Positions 25,604 to 37,470 of a stretch of 64,000 nucleotides of DNA are shown here, one piece after another. Origin of the DNA: Octopus sinensis (lineage: Eukaryota); contig NC_043006.1 in assembly GCF_006345805.1 (NCBI RefSeq), forward strand, positions 22,072,001 to 22,136,000. The letters are read 5' to 3'. The position numbers and the translations under genes are program-made. The stretch's first letter is position 1. Each line of letters opens with the position of its first letter. The notes under the pieces are model-generated. The model saw only the letters and a program-made list of their open reading frames with translations. It ran no database searches and had not been told where the DNA came from.

Positions 25604-25959
25604 CTGGAAATAGAAATAATATAAGATGAACATTGGTGACTGATCTAAACTAATGAACAGAAGTAATTAGTCTTGCAATTGCTTTCAAAATTATGCTTTA
25701 GAAAATTATAGCAAAAGAGTAGGAGCTTACAAAGAATCTTTCTCTGCCTATCAGTTTGTCTGTCATTCTGTCTCTTCTCTTGATATGTATGTATGCCTGT
25801 CTGTCATTATTCAGTTTATTTCAAGATTTCTTACCAAAAGAGAAAGAGCCAATTTCTATTCTAGATCCAAGGCTCCTTCATTGGCATTCCAACATCAACA
25901 GAGTATTTTTGTATGTGGGGGTATGTATAGGTGCAGATTTGTAGGTTTTGTTCTATATA

Positions 25960-26280
25960 TGTATGTGCCGGTGGAACATAAAAAGCACCGTCCGAACATG
26001 GTCGATGCCAGTGCCACATTGACTGGCTTCTGTGCCGGTGGCATGTAAAAAGCACCGACCGATCGTGGCCGTTGCCAGCCTCCCCTGGCACCTGTGCCGG
26101 CGGCACATAAAAAGCACCCACTACACTCACAGAGCGGTTGGCGTTAGGAAGGGCATCCAGCTGTAGAAACACTGCCAGATCAGACTGGAGCCTGGTGCAG
26201 CCTCCTGGCTTCCCAGACCCCGGTCGAACCGTCCAATCCATGCTAGCATGGAAAACCGATGTTAAACGATGATGATGATG
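25960..26280 (+). mobile_element. SINE family C
   Basis: Family motifs and (GAT)n tail. Confidence 0.85.
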
Positions 26281-26399
26281 TATGAGAACACTTAATAATG
26301 TAGCCGCTTACATTATCTTCTGTCTTCTAAAGGTAAACACCCAATCTTTCTCTGCTGTTTTCACAACTATACTGCATTCTAAATTTACTTCCTTGTCTG

Positions 26400-26770
26400 T
26401 AAAGTGTCAGTTTTTTTTTTCATTCTCTCCCCATTCTTTTCTTCTGAATCTTTTCTGTTGAAAAACATAGGTTTGAAATGTCAATGACTTTTCCATTCTT
26501 CCCAAGCGTCACACTAATATACCTGTTTGTTGTTCCCTCACCTTGTTTTCTGTAAATTTGAACTATATGTGACCTCGTGTGTACCGTTGGCGATTTTTTT
26601 TTTCTCTGTCTTCCCTTCTCTGAATCTTTCATTCTCCTATGTTTCCGACGAAGAGCTCCACTCGAAACGTTAAACCCTCCTTCTTTCCTGAGCGTCCAAT
26701 AATACTATATTTGTTCCACATCCTCACGTTGTTGTGTTTTTTTGTGCTTTCTTGTTTGGATTAACTATAT
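26400..26770 (+). mobile_element. Penelope-type terminal repeat with two hammerhead-like motifs
   Basis: Very degenerate motif near 26455-26485, and gtttCCGACGAaGAGctccaCTCGAAACGTTAAAC at 26641-26675; homologous to 40480-40680. Confidence 0.6.
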
Positions 26771-27490
26771 AAAATGATAGCTTTGCGGACATGACTCTTG
26801 AGAATCCAGTTCACAAAGCTAGCATATTTTGGTCACGTGCAGCACTGTCATAGCCTAAGACCATCCTGACAGAAAGAGTGAAGGGGAAGAGAGCAAGAGG
26901 CCATCAACAACGTTTATGGACAAATTACATCAAAGAATGGAACAGAAACAAGATCCTGGCTGATTGCATGCATGCATGCAACCCAGCATCAAGGAAACTG
27001 GAAAGTCTTGTACACAGGGAAGGCACCTACCTGATGAAGATGGTACACAGATACACACACACACACATGTCTATTCATTCATTTGCTTTTATATCTGTTT
27101 TCCATGTTACCACAGATTAGAAGAATATATTATTGAGGCTTTCTTTTTTTTACAGTTGGAGATTCTTTCTGTTGCTTACCCATACTTGTTGTTCAAGTAA
27201 GGGGTCTCTTATCTTACAAGTATTTGCTAGTGCAGAGCCAGCAGACAATTTGTTTTCAGGGGAAGTAACAAAAACGTTACCACTTGTAATTCAGGGAAAT
27301 ACAAATGTAAACACACACACACAGCCACACAGACGTATACAACAGGCTTTGTACAGTTTCCATCAACCAAATTAACTCAAGACACTAGTCAAGCTGGCTG
27401 GGGCTATTGTAGGAGACATATCTAAGGAGCTGCACAGTGGGACAGCACCCCAAATCAAGGGACTGTGAAATTCTTAATTATATATATATA

Positions 27491-27640
27491 TTGGGTCATC
27501 CCATAAATAATGCGATTTTTGATACTTCATTTATTTTCCAAAATTAAAATAAACAAAGTTCTTTTTTAATCTAAAATATACTCTCCATTTTCTACAACAC
27601 TCTTCCACCTATCTTCCAGAATTCACTCGCCCATAACAAA
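27491..27640. mobile_element. Possible mariner-like element remnant (one end only)
   Basis: TA followed by ttgggtcatcccataa, resembling a mariner TIR; no partner TIR seen. Confidence 0.35.
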
Positions 27641-28475
27641 AAATACTTCTCCAGTGCTGTTGTGACCTCGTCTCCCTTTTCTGATTACTCTTTTGAAAAA
27701 AAAAAAAAAAAGTAATTGGGAGCAGCAATAAAGTGTTTGTATTTGTGTAGGGGTCCTTGAATGCAGGATTGCATACCAATGAAATACTTATTTGTCAAAT
27801 GATAAATTGCACAAGCTCATTGAATTTCCTCTTATTAACAGCCGACAGCTTGTGCTAGCAAGAGTTATGGCCCTTGACTTAGAATTGTATACAAAGCATT
27901 ACTATGCTTTTTTTGTTAACCTTTCAGTTTCCTTTAACTCTTCATATCTGAATAAATTAAAGTTTGCTTATCATATGAATTTATTAAATTAAAATTTAGG
28001 CATAAAACCGATTACAACAACTACACTGTTTACAGCGATCCACATTAATTATATAGTTTACAGCACATTATATAATTGTCATGGGGTATGATTGCATTCA
28101 GTAGTAGGACGGTAATGGAGTCCTGGGGTTTTGAGGAATGTGGAACCACCCCTTAGCCACTTTTGTTCCCAGGTCTACTTTGACCTGAAGTAGCAGCACT
28201 TGTCGAGGAGTCAGTTGTAGGTTAATTAGCATTTCATGTAATTACTTCTGGGAGAATGTCACTTATAGATACCCCAATGGACCTAGAGCTAATGATGAGG
28301 GTCTTCCGTTCTTTAGCTGTTCATCATCATCATCTTTTAACGTCCGCCTTTCATGCTAGCATGGGTTGTTTAACAAGAGCTGGCCAAGTAGAGGACTAGG
28401 AGAAATTAACTCTGTACAAATGCTGCATCTTGCTAACAAGTGGGTTTGTATAACTTGTTGCACCAGACCGATATA

Positions 28476-28971
28476 CCGTAAATCCTCAAGTATAATCCAC
28501 ATAAAGGTCAAAATCCCTAGTGCGTACTATATACTAAGTTAAAAATGAAAAATATTTTCTAAGCAATGTCCGAGTCTCTATTTGCTGTTCGGCAATGTTT
28601 ATTCAGATGCATTTTGTGATGTCAGGTACAAAAATACCTTAAGCTAAGCCTGAAAGCAATGAAGTCATAAAAGAATCATCAATAACTAGCAGTAAGCAAC
28701 ATTTATTAAACATTATTACTGTTATCTCTTTATTTTCTGCAAACAAAATGCACAAAAAAGCTACACGTTTGCATTATGTTATATATACAATAATAATAAA
28801 GGCCGTTGCCGTATACATTTTTACAAACCATGGACGTTATATAGACCTCCTTGACTCAAGTTAGAGAAGGGGTGCGTATTATACACAAGGTTTAGGTTTT
28901 TCAGAGGTACAGCCCCCTAAAAATTCCCTGCGTATTATACTCAAGGGTGAACTATACTCGAGGATTTATCG
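28476..28971. mobile_element. Tc1/mariner (pogo/Tc2-like) MITE
   Basis: TIRs ccgtaaatcctcaagtata / tatactcgaggatttatcg, flanked by TA on both sides. Confidence 0.75.
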
Positions 28972-29775
28972 TAAGTTTGAAGGACTAGAGAGTGGAAGTG
29001 AGTTTGCATCTGGGAGATGGAAATGATATGCCTTAAAACTAGCACTAATAATTTCATAGTTTGTAATTAACTACAATAACTAAATAGTTTATAATGCATT
29101 ATCTCATTATATAGTTACAACCAATTACAATGATTACATAGTTTGCAACACATTTTTTTAATAATTAAAGCAAGGATTTTTTAAATACAGTCTTGTTTTG
29201 TTGAGGACCTGACAACTGCTCTAGAGGCTGTGCCATGGTAAAAGGCACCCAGTACACTTTATAAAGTGGTTGGTAGTAAGAAGGGCACACAGCTGTAGAA
29301 ACCAAGCCAAAAATGAAAGGTATGAGGACCAGCATGGGATAAAACCATACAAGTAACAATTACTCTTTACTCTTTTACTTGTTTCAGTCCTTTGACTGCG
29401 GCCATGCTGGAGCACCGCCTTTAATTGAGCAACTCGACCCCGGGACTTATTCTTTGTAAGCCCAGTACTTATTCTATCGGTCTATTTAAACACACCAGCA
29501 TTGGTTGTCAAGCAATGCTAGGGGTACAAACACAGACACACAAACACATACATATATATATATATATTATATATATATATATACTTTATTTTAAGCAGCA
29601 GAAAATTCAACAAAATTCAACAGATTTTGTTGAATTTTCTGCTGCTTAAAATAAAGCATATTACTCTACCACTGGTATTTGAGTACTCTTTTTTCCACCT
29701 TGTTTCACATTTATGTGTTTACAACAAGCTACTTACCACACAGCCACTCCTGCGCCTATATAATTAACACAAAAT

Positions 29776-30233
29776 ATATAATTATAATAAGGGCGCTAAT
29801 GAGTAGCTACTTGATAAAATCTTACAAAGATTTTATCCTTGATTATATATAAGTATAAATTATTCCGAATAATATATTCACTTCGGTATTATTTTTGATC
29901 ATATATACATGTAGTTGAAGTGAATGAATTAGATTTAGCTTGTATATAAATGTGAACACTTGTATATACACTTGTTGATATGTGTTATTCGTATGGGTAT
30001 GTATATTAACTTATAATTATGTACAATGTTATGCTGTACTGATGATGGTAAAGATATTTACAGCTCTAAACTAGAAATCGATCTGTGGTTAAACCCCTTT
30101 TTTTTAAAAATCTTTCTTCACTTCCCTCACTTTCAACCCATGCTAATGAGGTAAATAATGTAGTTGTTAGAGCCATTTGGCATCTGTTTCTAGCATGTGG
30201 CACTACTCATTAGTGCCCTTATTATAATTATAT
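29776..30233. mobile_element. AT-rich element bounded by a 31-bp inverted repeat (possibly Penelope-derived)
   Basis: atataattataataagggcgctaatgagtag (29776-29806) versus 30203-30233, one mismatch. Confidence 0.55.
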
Positions 30234-30572
30234 TTATATTATTATATATTTTGCGTGTGTGTATATATATATATATAATTTTTGTATTTATATTCGTGTA
30301 ACATCATCCGTTTTTCCGTCCTTGCTTCGTATACATTTGAAGCTTTTTTCCAAGGAATCTAATGCTCTTAGCTTAGTTTTTCCTTGGGGCTGGCCAGATT
30401 GGAGCAATCTCAATATTAATCAGCCGAAATTGCGAGGATGATCCGGTTCTTGACTGAAGATTAAAGGCTTCGAATGACCCGTCCGTGTTTTTTGTATCGT
30501 CTTCTGGATGTTTTGCATTCTTGTCCCATTTTGTATTTAAAAATCTTATTTTTTATATATACATATATATAC

Positions 30573-30874
30573 GTGGAGGCGCAATGGCCCAGTGGTTAGG
30601 GCAGCGGGCTCGTGGTCGTAGGATCGTGGTTTTGATTCCCAGACCAGGCGTTGTGAGTGTTTATTGAGTAAAAACACCTAAAAGCTCCACGACACTCCAG
30701 CAAGGGGTGGTGATCCCTGCTGTACTCTTTCACAACTCTTTCTCCCACTCTTTCTTCTGTTGGCCTGCTTGCTTAGCCAGCGGGGTGGCGTCATTCGAAG
30801 GCTAAAACAATGCGAACGCATTGTGACCAGCGATGTGTAACAACATCTGATGGTCTGGTCGGTCACGTGATCAC
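30573..30874 (+). mobile_element. SINE family D (tRNA-derived head gtggaggcgcaatggcccagtgg)
   Basis: A/B-box-like head; homologous to 40740, 42880 and 47122. Confidence 0.85.
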
Positions 30875-31104
30875 ATATATATACAGAGAGAGAGAGAGAG
30901 AGAGAAGTAGAACAGAATGCAACTATGTTATTCATAATTTACCAAGGGGAGTAAATTGACTAAAGGGGAGTTCATTGTTCCAGGAAAGAATAAAAATCAA
31001 TCTCTAAATTCCACTGAATGAGAAATAGTCTGCAATGCCGCCACAACAGTGCCACAGAAACACACACACACACTAACACACACGTGCATGCATATGCATA
31101 CACA

Positions 31105-31895
31105 TGGATCACAGACTGGCAACTGAAACTGGCTGTGGACAAGTGTACCACCATGCATTTTGGGAGAAAAAACCCTGCGTTCACATACTCCCTCCACAAC
31201 ACTGATATCAAGAAATCCTCTTGCGAGCGTGACCTAGGCATCACTGTCAGCAGTGATCTGCGTTGGTCAAAGCATATCTCTAAGATTGTCAGGAGGCCGA
31301 GGGTGTCTTGGCATCACTCAGCGGTCTTTTGTTAGCCGCTCTCCAGCCATCTATTTAAAACTGTATACAGCTATGGTACGACCACACTTGGAATTCGCAT
31401 CATCAGTTTGGAACCCCTATCTTGCACAGAACATTGACCTCCTGGAATCTGTCCAGAGACGTGCAACCAAACGCATACCCTCCATCAGACACCTACCATA
31501 TTCTGAGCGCCTTGTTTCCCTGGGCATGGATTCACTGAAGCTCCGGCGTTTGGCGACGGACTTGGTAAACACCCACAAAGTTATCAACCACCTCACCAAC
31601 AACAACACTGAACACCTTTTTGATCTCCATGTGCTAACACACGTGGACATGCCTACAAAGTCAGAAAACAATACAGCTCCCATGACTTTCGGAAACATTT
31701 TTTCACGCTCAGAGTTGCTGAAGCATGGAATAAACTGCCTGCGTCAGTTGTTGACTGCCATGACACTGCATCTTTTAAGGCCCTCATGCTTTCCGAAATC
31801 CGCCGAAACTTCACCTGATTATATATACACTTTAGATGAGTTGTAGTGCACCTGAGCACTGTACACAATTATTATTATTATTATTATTATTATTA
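31105..31895 (+). mobile_element. 5'-truncated CR1-clade LINE (RT C-terminus), frameshifted, (ATT)n tail
   Basis: KCTTMHFG, ERDLGITVSSDLRWSKHI, LYTAMVRPHLEFASSVWNP, LESVQRRATK, WNKLP motifs. Confidence 0.92.
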
Positions 31896-32205
31896 AGCAC
31901 AAAACGAGAAATGGATGAACCAATAATTTCACTGTTTATGCAATGAATTAGAAATGCATCAAGCACTACAATGAGAGGTTTTTTGACTCACGGGATTTTT
32001 GGCTGTGGCGTAATATGTTTGTGGCTGTTAATTCAGAAACAGCACCAGAAGGCCAAATGTACATTATTCATGCGCTTGTTTTGAATGTGCACACACACAC
32101 ACACACACACACACATGCACACAATGTGTGGCTGACACTGAAGAGACAAGGCTAATGCTAGGAAAATTTCCATAATAATACTTGTTATGAAATAACAATT
32201 AGATA

Positions 32206-32522
32206 GAATGGTTGTATACTGTCAATTTAACGTGACAGTAGGGGATTACACCACCGCTGTTTAGCCCTAGGAAGCATCGATGCTTCCTGATGGCTTTGAC
32301 ACATTTTTTTTCCTGTGTCCTTATATATTTAGGAAGAGGTAAATATATAAGGACACAGGAAAAAAAAATGTGTCGAAGCCATCAGGAAGTGTCGATGCTT
32401 TCTAGGGCTAAACAAAGGTAGTGTAATCCCCTACTGTCACGTTAGATTGACAGTATACAACCATTCTATCGCCCCACCACCGTACATATCTCTATGAGAT
32501 ATTTAGAAATTTAATATTTCTG
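32206..32522 (-). mobile_element. Fold-back element copy 3
   Basis: Palindrome 32203-32469 plus head 32470-32521; direct repeat aacaattagata at 32194-32205 and 32523-32534. Confidence 0.85.
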
Positions 32523-32538
32523 AACAATTAGATAAATC

Positions 32539-32769
32539 TATTTCTTTACTACCCATAAGGGGCTAAACACAGAGGGGACAAACAAGGACAGACAAATGGA
32601 TTAAGTCGATTATATCGACCCCAGTGCGTTACTGGTACTTATTTAATCGACCCCGAAAGGATGAAAGGCAAAGTCGACCTCGGTGGAATTTGAACTCTGA
32701 ACGTAACGGCAGACGAAATATGGCTACGCATTTCGCCCGACGTGCTAACGTTTCTGCCAGCTCGCCGCC
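32539..32769 (-). mobile_element. Young SINE family A copy with a 26-bp TSD
   Basis: aatatttctgaacaattagataaatc at 32513-32538 and 32770-32795. Confidence 0.9.
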
Positions 32770-32809
32770 AATATTTCTGAACAATTAGATAAATCATGCA
32801 GAAACTCAC

Positions 32810-32926
32810 CTGAGGTATTGCACTTCCAAGTCCAGCCATTCCGACAATATCCAGTCGTAGAACCAACAGTCTTCGTAACAATGAAGTACAGCCATCAGTA
32901 TGGATAATCTTGTTCGTCTCCACAGT
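32810..32926 (-). CDS. TSPAN15: TSPAN15-like exon 7 (TVETNKIIHTDGCTSLLRRLLVLRLDIVGMAGLGSAIPQ)
   Basis: ctag acceptor, CAG|GTGAGT donor, 117 nt phase 0; I.T.GC motif and the start of TM4. Confidence 0.9.
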
Positions 32927-33003
32927 CTAGCAGACAAAATGGCAAGAAAAACATTAGAAGAAAAACATCGAAATATTCAATGAAGGAAGAAACCACTAAT
33001 TCT

Positions 33004-33638
33004 GGATCTTTTCCTTTTGAACGGCAGACAATTTCTAGTTAACTAAACACTTTAAAACTTCGTATACTGGTAGAATGTGTCAAAATAAAACATTTCTTTC
33101 TCTTGGCTTTCTTGAGAAAATTGTAATTTGTTTGTTTAACGTAGTTTAATTTTTCGAATTTTAACCATTCCTATGCTCTCTTTTGAGCTAAAACCATTTG
33201 CTGCGTCTAAAACTGAGACAACATCCTGTAACTAACCCTAAACCTCCCCCCTAACCCTAAATTTTTTTTCTTAATTGTTAAATTAATTTAATTGTTACGC
33301 GTGTAAAAAAAACTAAAGCAATGGAATTAAATTAATTTAACAATTAAGAAAAAAAATTTAGGGTTAGGGTTAGGGGGGAGGTTTAGTGTTAGTTACAGGA
33401 TGTTGTCTCAGTTTTAGACGCAGCAAATGATTTTAGTTGAATGGAGGTAATTGATTGGTTAAAATTGCTGAAATGCTCGGATTTTCAGACGAAATATCTT
33501 ACAAACTATAGAATTTTCTCAATAAAACCAAGAGAAAATGATGTTTTATAAAAACACATTCTACCAGTATACGAAGTTTAAAAGTGTTTAGTTAACTAGA
33601 AATTGTGTTGACATCTGCCGTTCAAAAGGAAAAGATCC
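33004..33638. mobile_element. Long-TIR fold-back DNA element with internal ctaaccctaa motifs (Merlin-like termini)
   Basis: ggatcttttccttttgaacggcag / ctgccgttcaaaaggaaaagatcc termini; inner palindrome about 33190-33432; no TSD seen in this copy. Confidence 0.8.
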
Positions 33639-33865
33639 GTCGACCTTCTTATTTACTATATTTTGAGAAGAGAAAATTTGTTCTTATTAATAGCATCCGA
33701 ATAAGCTATATTATGGGATTTTTATTAAATAAGAGTATTTTAAAACATGTGATAGAGAAATGTCTTTAGTTGAAAGCAAAAAAAAAAAAGGGAAAAAAAT
33801 ATTTGTGAGTCATTAAAAAAAAACAACAACTTTTGACAAAGGTAAAGTTTATAAAAATTACATAC

Positions 33866-33913
33866 CAGGTTACGTCGGACATTATAGCCACAAGAGTAAC
33901 GAGGGAAGTCTCC
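33866..33913 (-). CDS. TSPAN15: TSPAN15-like exon 6 (GDFPRYSCGYNVRRNL)
   Basis: ttcttttccag acceptor, CTG|GTATGT donor, 48 nt phase 0; CGY motif. Confidence 0.9.
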
Positions 33914-34274
33914 CTGGAAAAGAACAATAAGAAATACAAACATATTTAGAGATATATACATGCATTTAGATATCATGTCATATTGTATCACATTTATGAA
34001 ATAATGGACATGATTATCATCATCATCAACATTATTATAGTTTTAACGTTTTTCTAGGCTGGCAAAAAGTTGGACAGATTTTCAAGGCAGCATTTCTTTG
34101 TGTGTCTTGGTATTCATCCTGCATCATTTAACCTTTTTGATACCAACGCAAATGAGACCATCCCTGATATTATCATACAAATTTCTTGTTTTAATGTAAT
34201 CTAAATTAAAATATTCCACCAGAATTTAATGTTACATTATCTTCCAAACACCAGTTTAATAACAACGAAGTTCA

Positions 34275-34835
34275 TCATCATCATCATCATCATCGTTTAG
34301 CGTCCGCTTTCCATGCTAGCATGGGTTGGATGGTTCAACTGGGGTCTGGGAAACAAGAAGGCTGCACCAGGCCCAGTCTGATCTGGCAATGTTTCTATGG
34401 CTGGATGCCCTTCCTAACGCCAACCACTCCGTGAATGTAGTGGGTACTTTTTACGTGCCACCGGCACAGGTGCCAGATGGGGCTGGCAAACGGTCATGGT
34501 CGGATGGTGCTTCTTACATGCCACCGGCACGGAGGCCAGGCGAGGCTGGCAATGGACACGATTGGATGGAGCTTTTTACATGCCACTGGCATGGGGTCCA
34601 GGCGAGGCTGGCATTGGCCATGATCGGATGGTGTTTTTTACATGCCACTGGCACTGGTATCACAGCTACAATTTCCATTGATGTTGATCGATTTCAATTT
34701 CGATTCTGATTCTCACTTGCCTCAACAGGTCTTCACAAGTAGAGTTTTGTGTCCCAAAAAGGAAAGGTATGCATAAGTGGACTGGCTACATCCCAGGTAG
34801 AGGCCATGGGTTATGGTCTCACTTGTCCTGCCGGG
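34275..34835 (-). mobile_element. SINE family C, longer copy
   Basis: (CAT)n start on plus and family motifs. Confidence 0.85.
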
Positions 34836-36199
34836 TTATATCATTAAAGTTATATCATTAAATTATTCGTTCTTTTCAAAATTAATTGAAAAAATTGGCT
34901 GTGTAATTCAATAGAAATATGGTAACAAAAAGGTATAAGACAGTGCATGTGACATACTGCTTCTTCCCATGGTTTTCCCAGGTCAGCCATTTATCCAGTA
35001 AGTATTGTCCATTCATATTATATCAACAAGTTAGTATACAGTCTATAAACAGTTTAGCTTTCATTCTACATTTGCCAGTGTCTTTGATGCCCACCTACTT
35101 TCTCAATTCATTTGCATATAGATGGAGGCTTTTAGCTGTGAGCCTCAACATGTCATATAATCATATTAATTGTATTACCTAACTTCAACCACAATAATTA
35201 TGAGATCCACAAGCAACTTAATCTTTCACCTGAGCCTTATGAAGGAGATGACAGAGAACTGAGACATGTGGCGCATTGCCGTACTCAAGAAGATCCACCC
35301 ACGAAAAAAGTGATATCCTAAAACCAAGATGCAACATAAAAAGCACCCAGGATACTCAGTAAAGTGGCTGGCATTAGAAAGAGCATTCAGCTGTTGAAAC
35401 CAAGCCAAAAGGCTAAGGAACCCGGTGTGCTCCCTGGCCTTGCCAGTCAAGCTATCCACTCCATGCCAGCACGGAACATGGATGTTAAATGTTGATGATG
35501 ATGATGGGGATGAAGACTTGGCTGCTAAGGATGCCTTTAGTGCTTAGGGACCAAGTACCACATTTGAACATAACTACTCTCGAACAATATCAGAGGCTCT
35601 GAAAGAGGCCAGAAACGTTGCTCCACACACTAAGTCAAAAAAAATTATCTGAGTATTTTATCAGAATATTTAGTTTATAGATAAGGTTTTGTAAGCTATA
35701 CCTTTCATATATGTTAGATACAAAAGGTAGGCATGGCTCTATGGTTAAGAAGTTTGCATCTCAACCATATGGTTTTGGGTTCAGTCTCACTGTACAGCAC
35801 CTTGCCTGGGGCAAGTGTCTTCTACCTTGAGACAACCACTGCCTTGTGAATGAATCTGGTAGATGGAAAATGTACAGTGCCTACATGTGTGTGTGTAGGT
35901 GCACGCAGGCACACACGTATGCATGTGTGTGCATGCATATGTGAACATTTACATTCGGTGCTTCCTTTGAAAAAGCACTGAGCAAATAGTGGTGATGCTT
36001 TTTGACATGCCCTGTCAACAAATAAATAACAAGTGGAGTGAAAAACTTCTAACTTGAAAAGCAGGCAGCAGTTAATGAAATGAAAGGCACCCAGCTGTAA
36101 ATGATGTCTCAATAAAATGTAATTGTTTAGCCCAGGGCGTTCTTGACCAGGATCCATATAAAATTTTGTTGTTAAAATTTTTCAGCAGGAAATTGGTCA

Positions 36200-36617
36200 T
36201 ACTCCTATACTCTTTTACTTGTTTCAGTCATTTGACTGCGGCCATGCTGGAGCACCGCCTTTAGTCAATCAAATCAACCCCAGGACTTATTCTTTGTAAG
36301 CCTAGTACTTATTCTATCGGTCACTTTTACCGAACCGCTAAGTTACGGGGACGTAAACACACCAGCATCGGTTGTCAAGCGGTGTTGGTCGGACAAACAC
36401 AGACACACAAACATACACACACATATACATACACATATATATATAACATATATACGACGGGCTTCTTTCAGTTTCTGTCTACCAAATCCACTCACAAGGC
36501 TTTGGTCGGCTTGAGGCTATAGTAGAAGACACTTGCCCAAGATGCCACGCAGTGGGACTGAACCCGGGACCATGTGGTTGGTAAGCAGGCTACTTACCAC
36601 ACAGCCACTCCTGCGCC
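36200..36617 (-). mobile_element. SINE family B copy S1 (left boundary of the duplication)
   Basis: Family motifs; diagnostic tgcggcc and ttagtcaatc. Confidence 0.9.
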
Positions 36618-37079
36618 ACAAAATATTTTAACAATTCTTTAATACAATTCCTAATACTATTTAATTATAAAAACGTAATATGTTTTTTCAGACATCGAAT
36701 GACAAGGAGGGTCCATCAAAGGGAGCCATAGGTAAAAAAAGAAAATGGTCGAGAAATGCTTGTTTGACCCATGTTAACATGAAAAAAAAAAGAAGAAAAA
36801 TAAAATGAACAAAAGCCAAAAACTATAGATGAAGATGTGAGTCTTAATGCATTATATTACTGACCTGGAATAATCTAGTTATGAAATATTAATTAAATGA
36901 GTTGATACCAATAATTTAGTTAACTAAAAAAATAATTAATAATATACCACCAGACAAATCAATCTGCCTGTCTTATGTCAGCCAGTAAAACAATTTATAT
37001 TAAATGCGCAATACATTAAAATGGTTTCTTTAAAGAAAATCCAACATTATTTGGAATGAAAAATTTTGGTTTTACTGAC

Positions 37080-37196
37080 CGGAGAACTGATACAGCACGA
37101 TGGTGGTACACCACAAGATTCTTCTCCACTAGCATCGCATTTGAAATAAGCATTGACTTCATAATCATGGAAAGAGTCAAAGCCACAACATTCCCA
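37080..37196 (-). CDS. TSPAN15: TSPAN15-like exon 5, copy B (WECCGFDSFHDYEVNAYFKCDASGEESCGVPPSCCISSP)
   Basis: tttttttcag acceptor, CCG|GTCAGT donor, 117 nt; CCG and PxSCC motifs. Confidence 0.95.
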
Positions 37197-37371
37197 CTGA
37201 AAAAAAAGATTACAAAAATATTTTATTTGTATTTTTTTTTTTATAATTTTTGCTAGATTTCTTTCAAAGTAATTGTTAATAGAGCAATAGACACAACCAC
37301 ATCAAAATATTCCATAAATTTGAAGGAATAAAAACTTGATCTCATTTTTTGGAAATATATTTTAAACTTAC

Positions 37372-37470
37372 CGAGCTCTGAAGCCTATCCAAAGTTGATT
37401 GCATCCGTTTATTTGAATGATACTCTGCAAGGGATGGTCTTAATTCTTCAGAATTCAGTGTCAACTCAGT
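37372..37470 (-). CDS. TSPAN15: TSPAN15-like exon 4, copy B (TELTLNSEELRPSLAEYHSNKRMQSTLDRLQSS)
   Basis: cttttag acceptor, TCG|GTAAGT donor, 99 nt phase 0; Y...D..Q pattern before CCG. Confidence 0.9.

Noticed and set aside
30573-30650. Functional tRNA genes at SINE heads (families A, B, D)
   Set aside because: Each continues into a SINE body and lacks a paired acceptor stem.
33230-33380. Interstitial telomere or chromosome fusion site
   Set aside because: Only a few TTAGGG units, placed symmetrically inside a TIR-bounded element.
37056-37256. Duplicated plus-strand 66-aa ORF (also 38527-38727) as a small gene
   Set aside because: It is the antisense shadow of tetraspanin exon 5.
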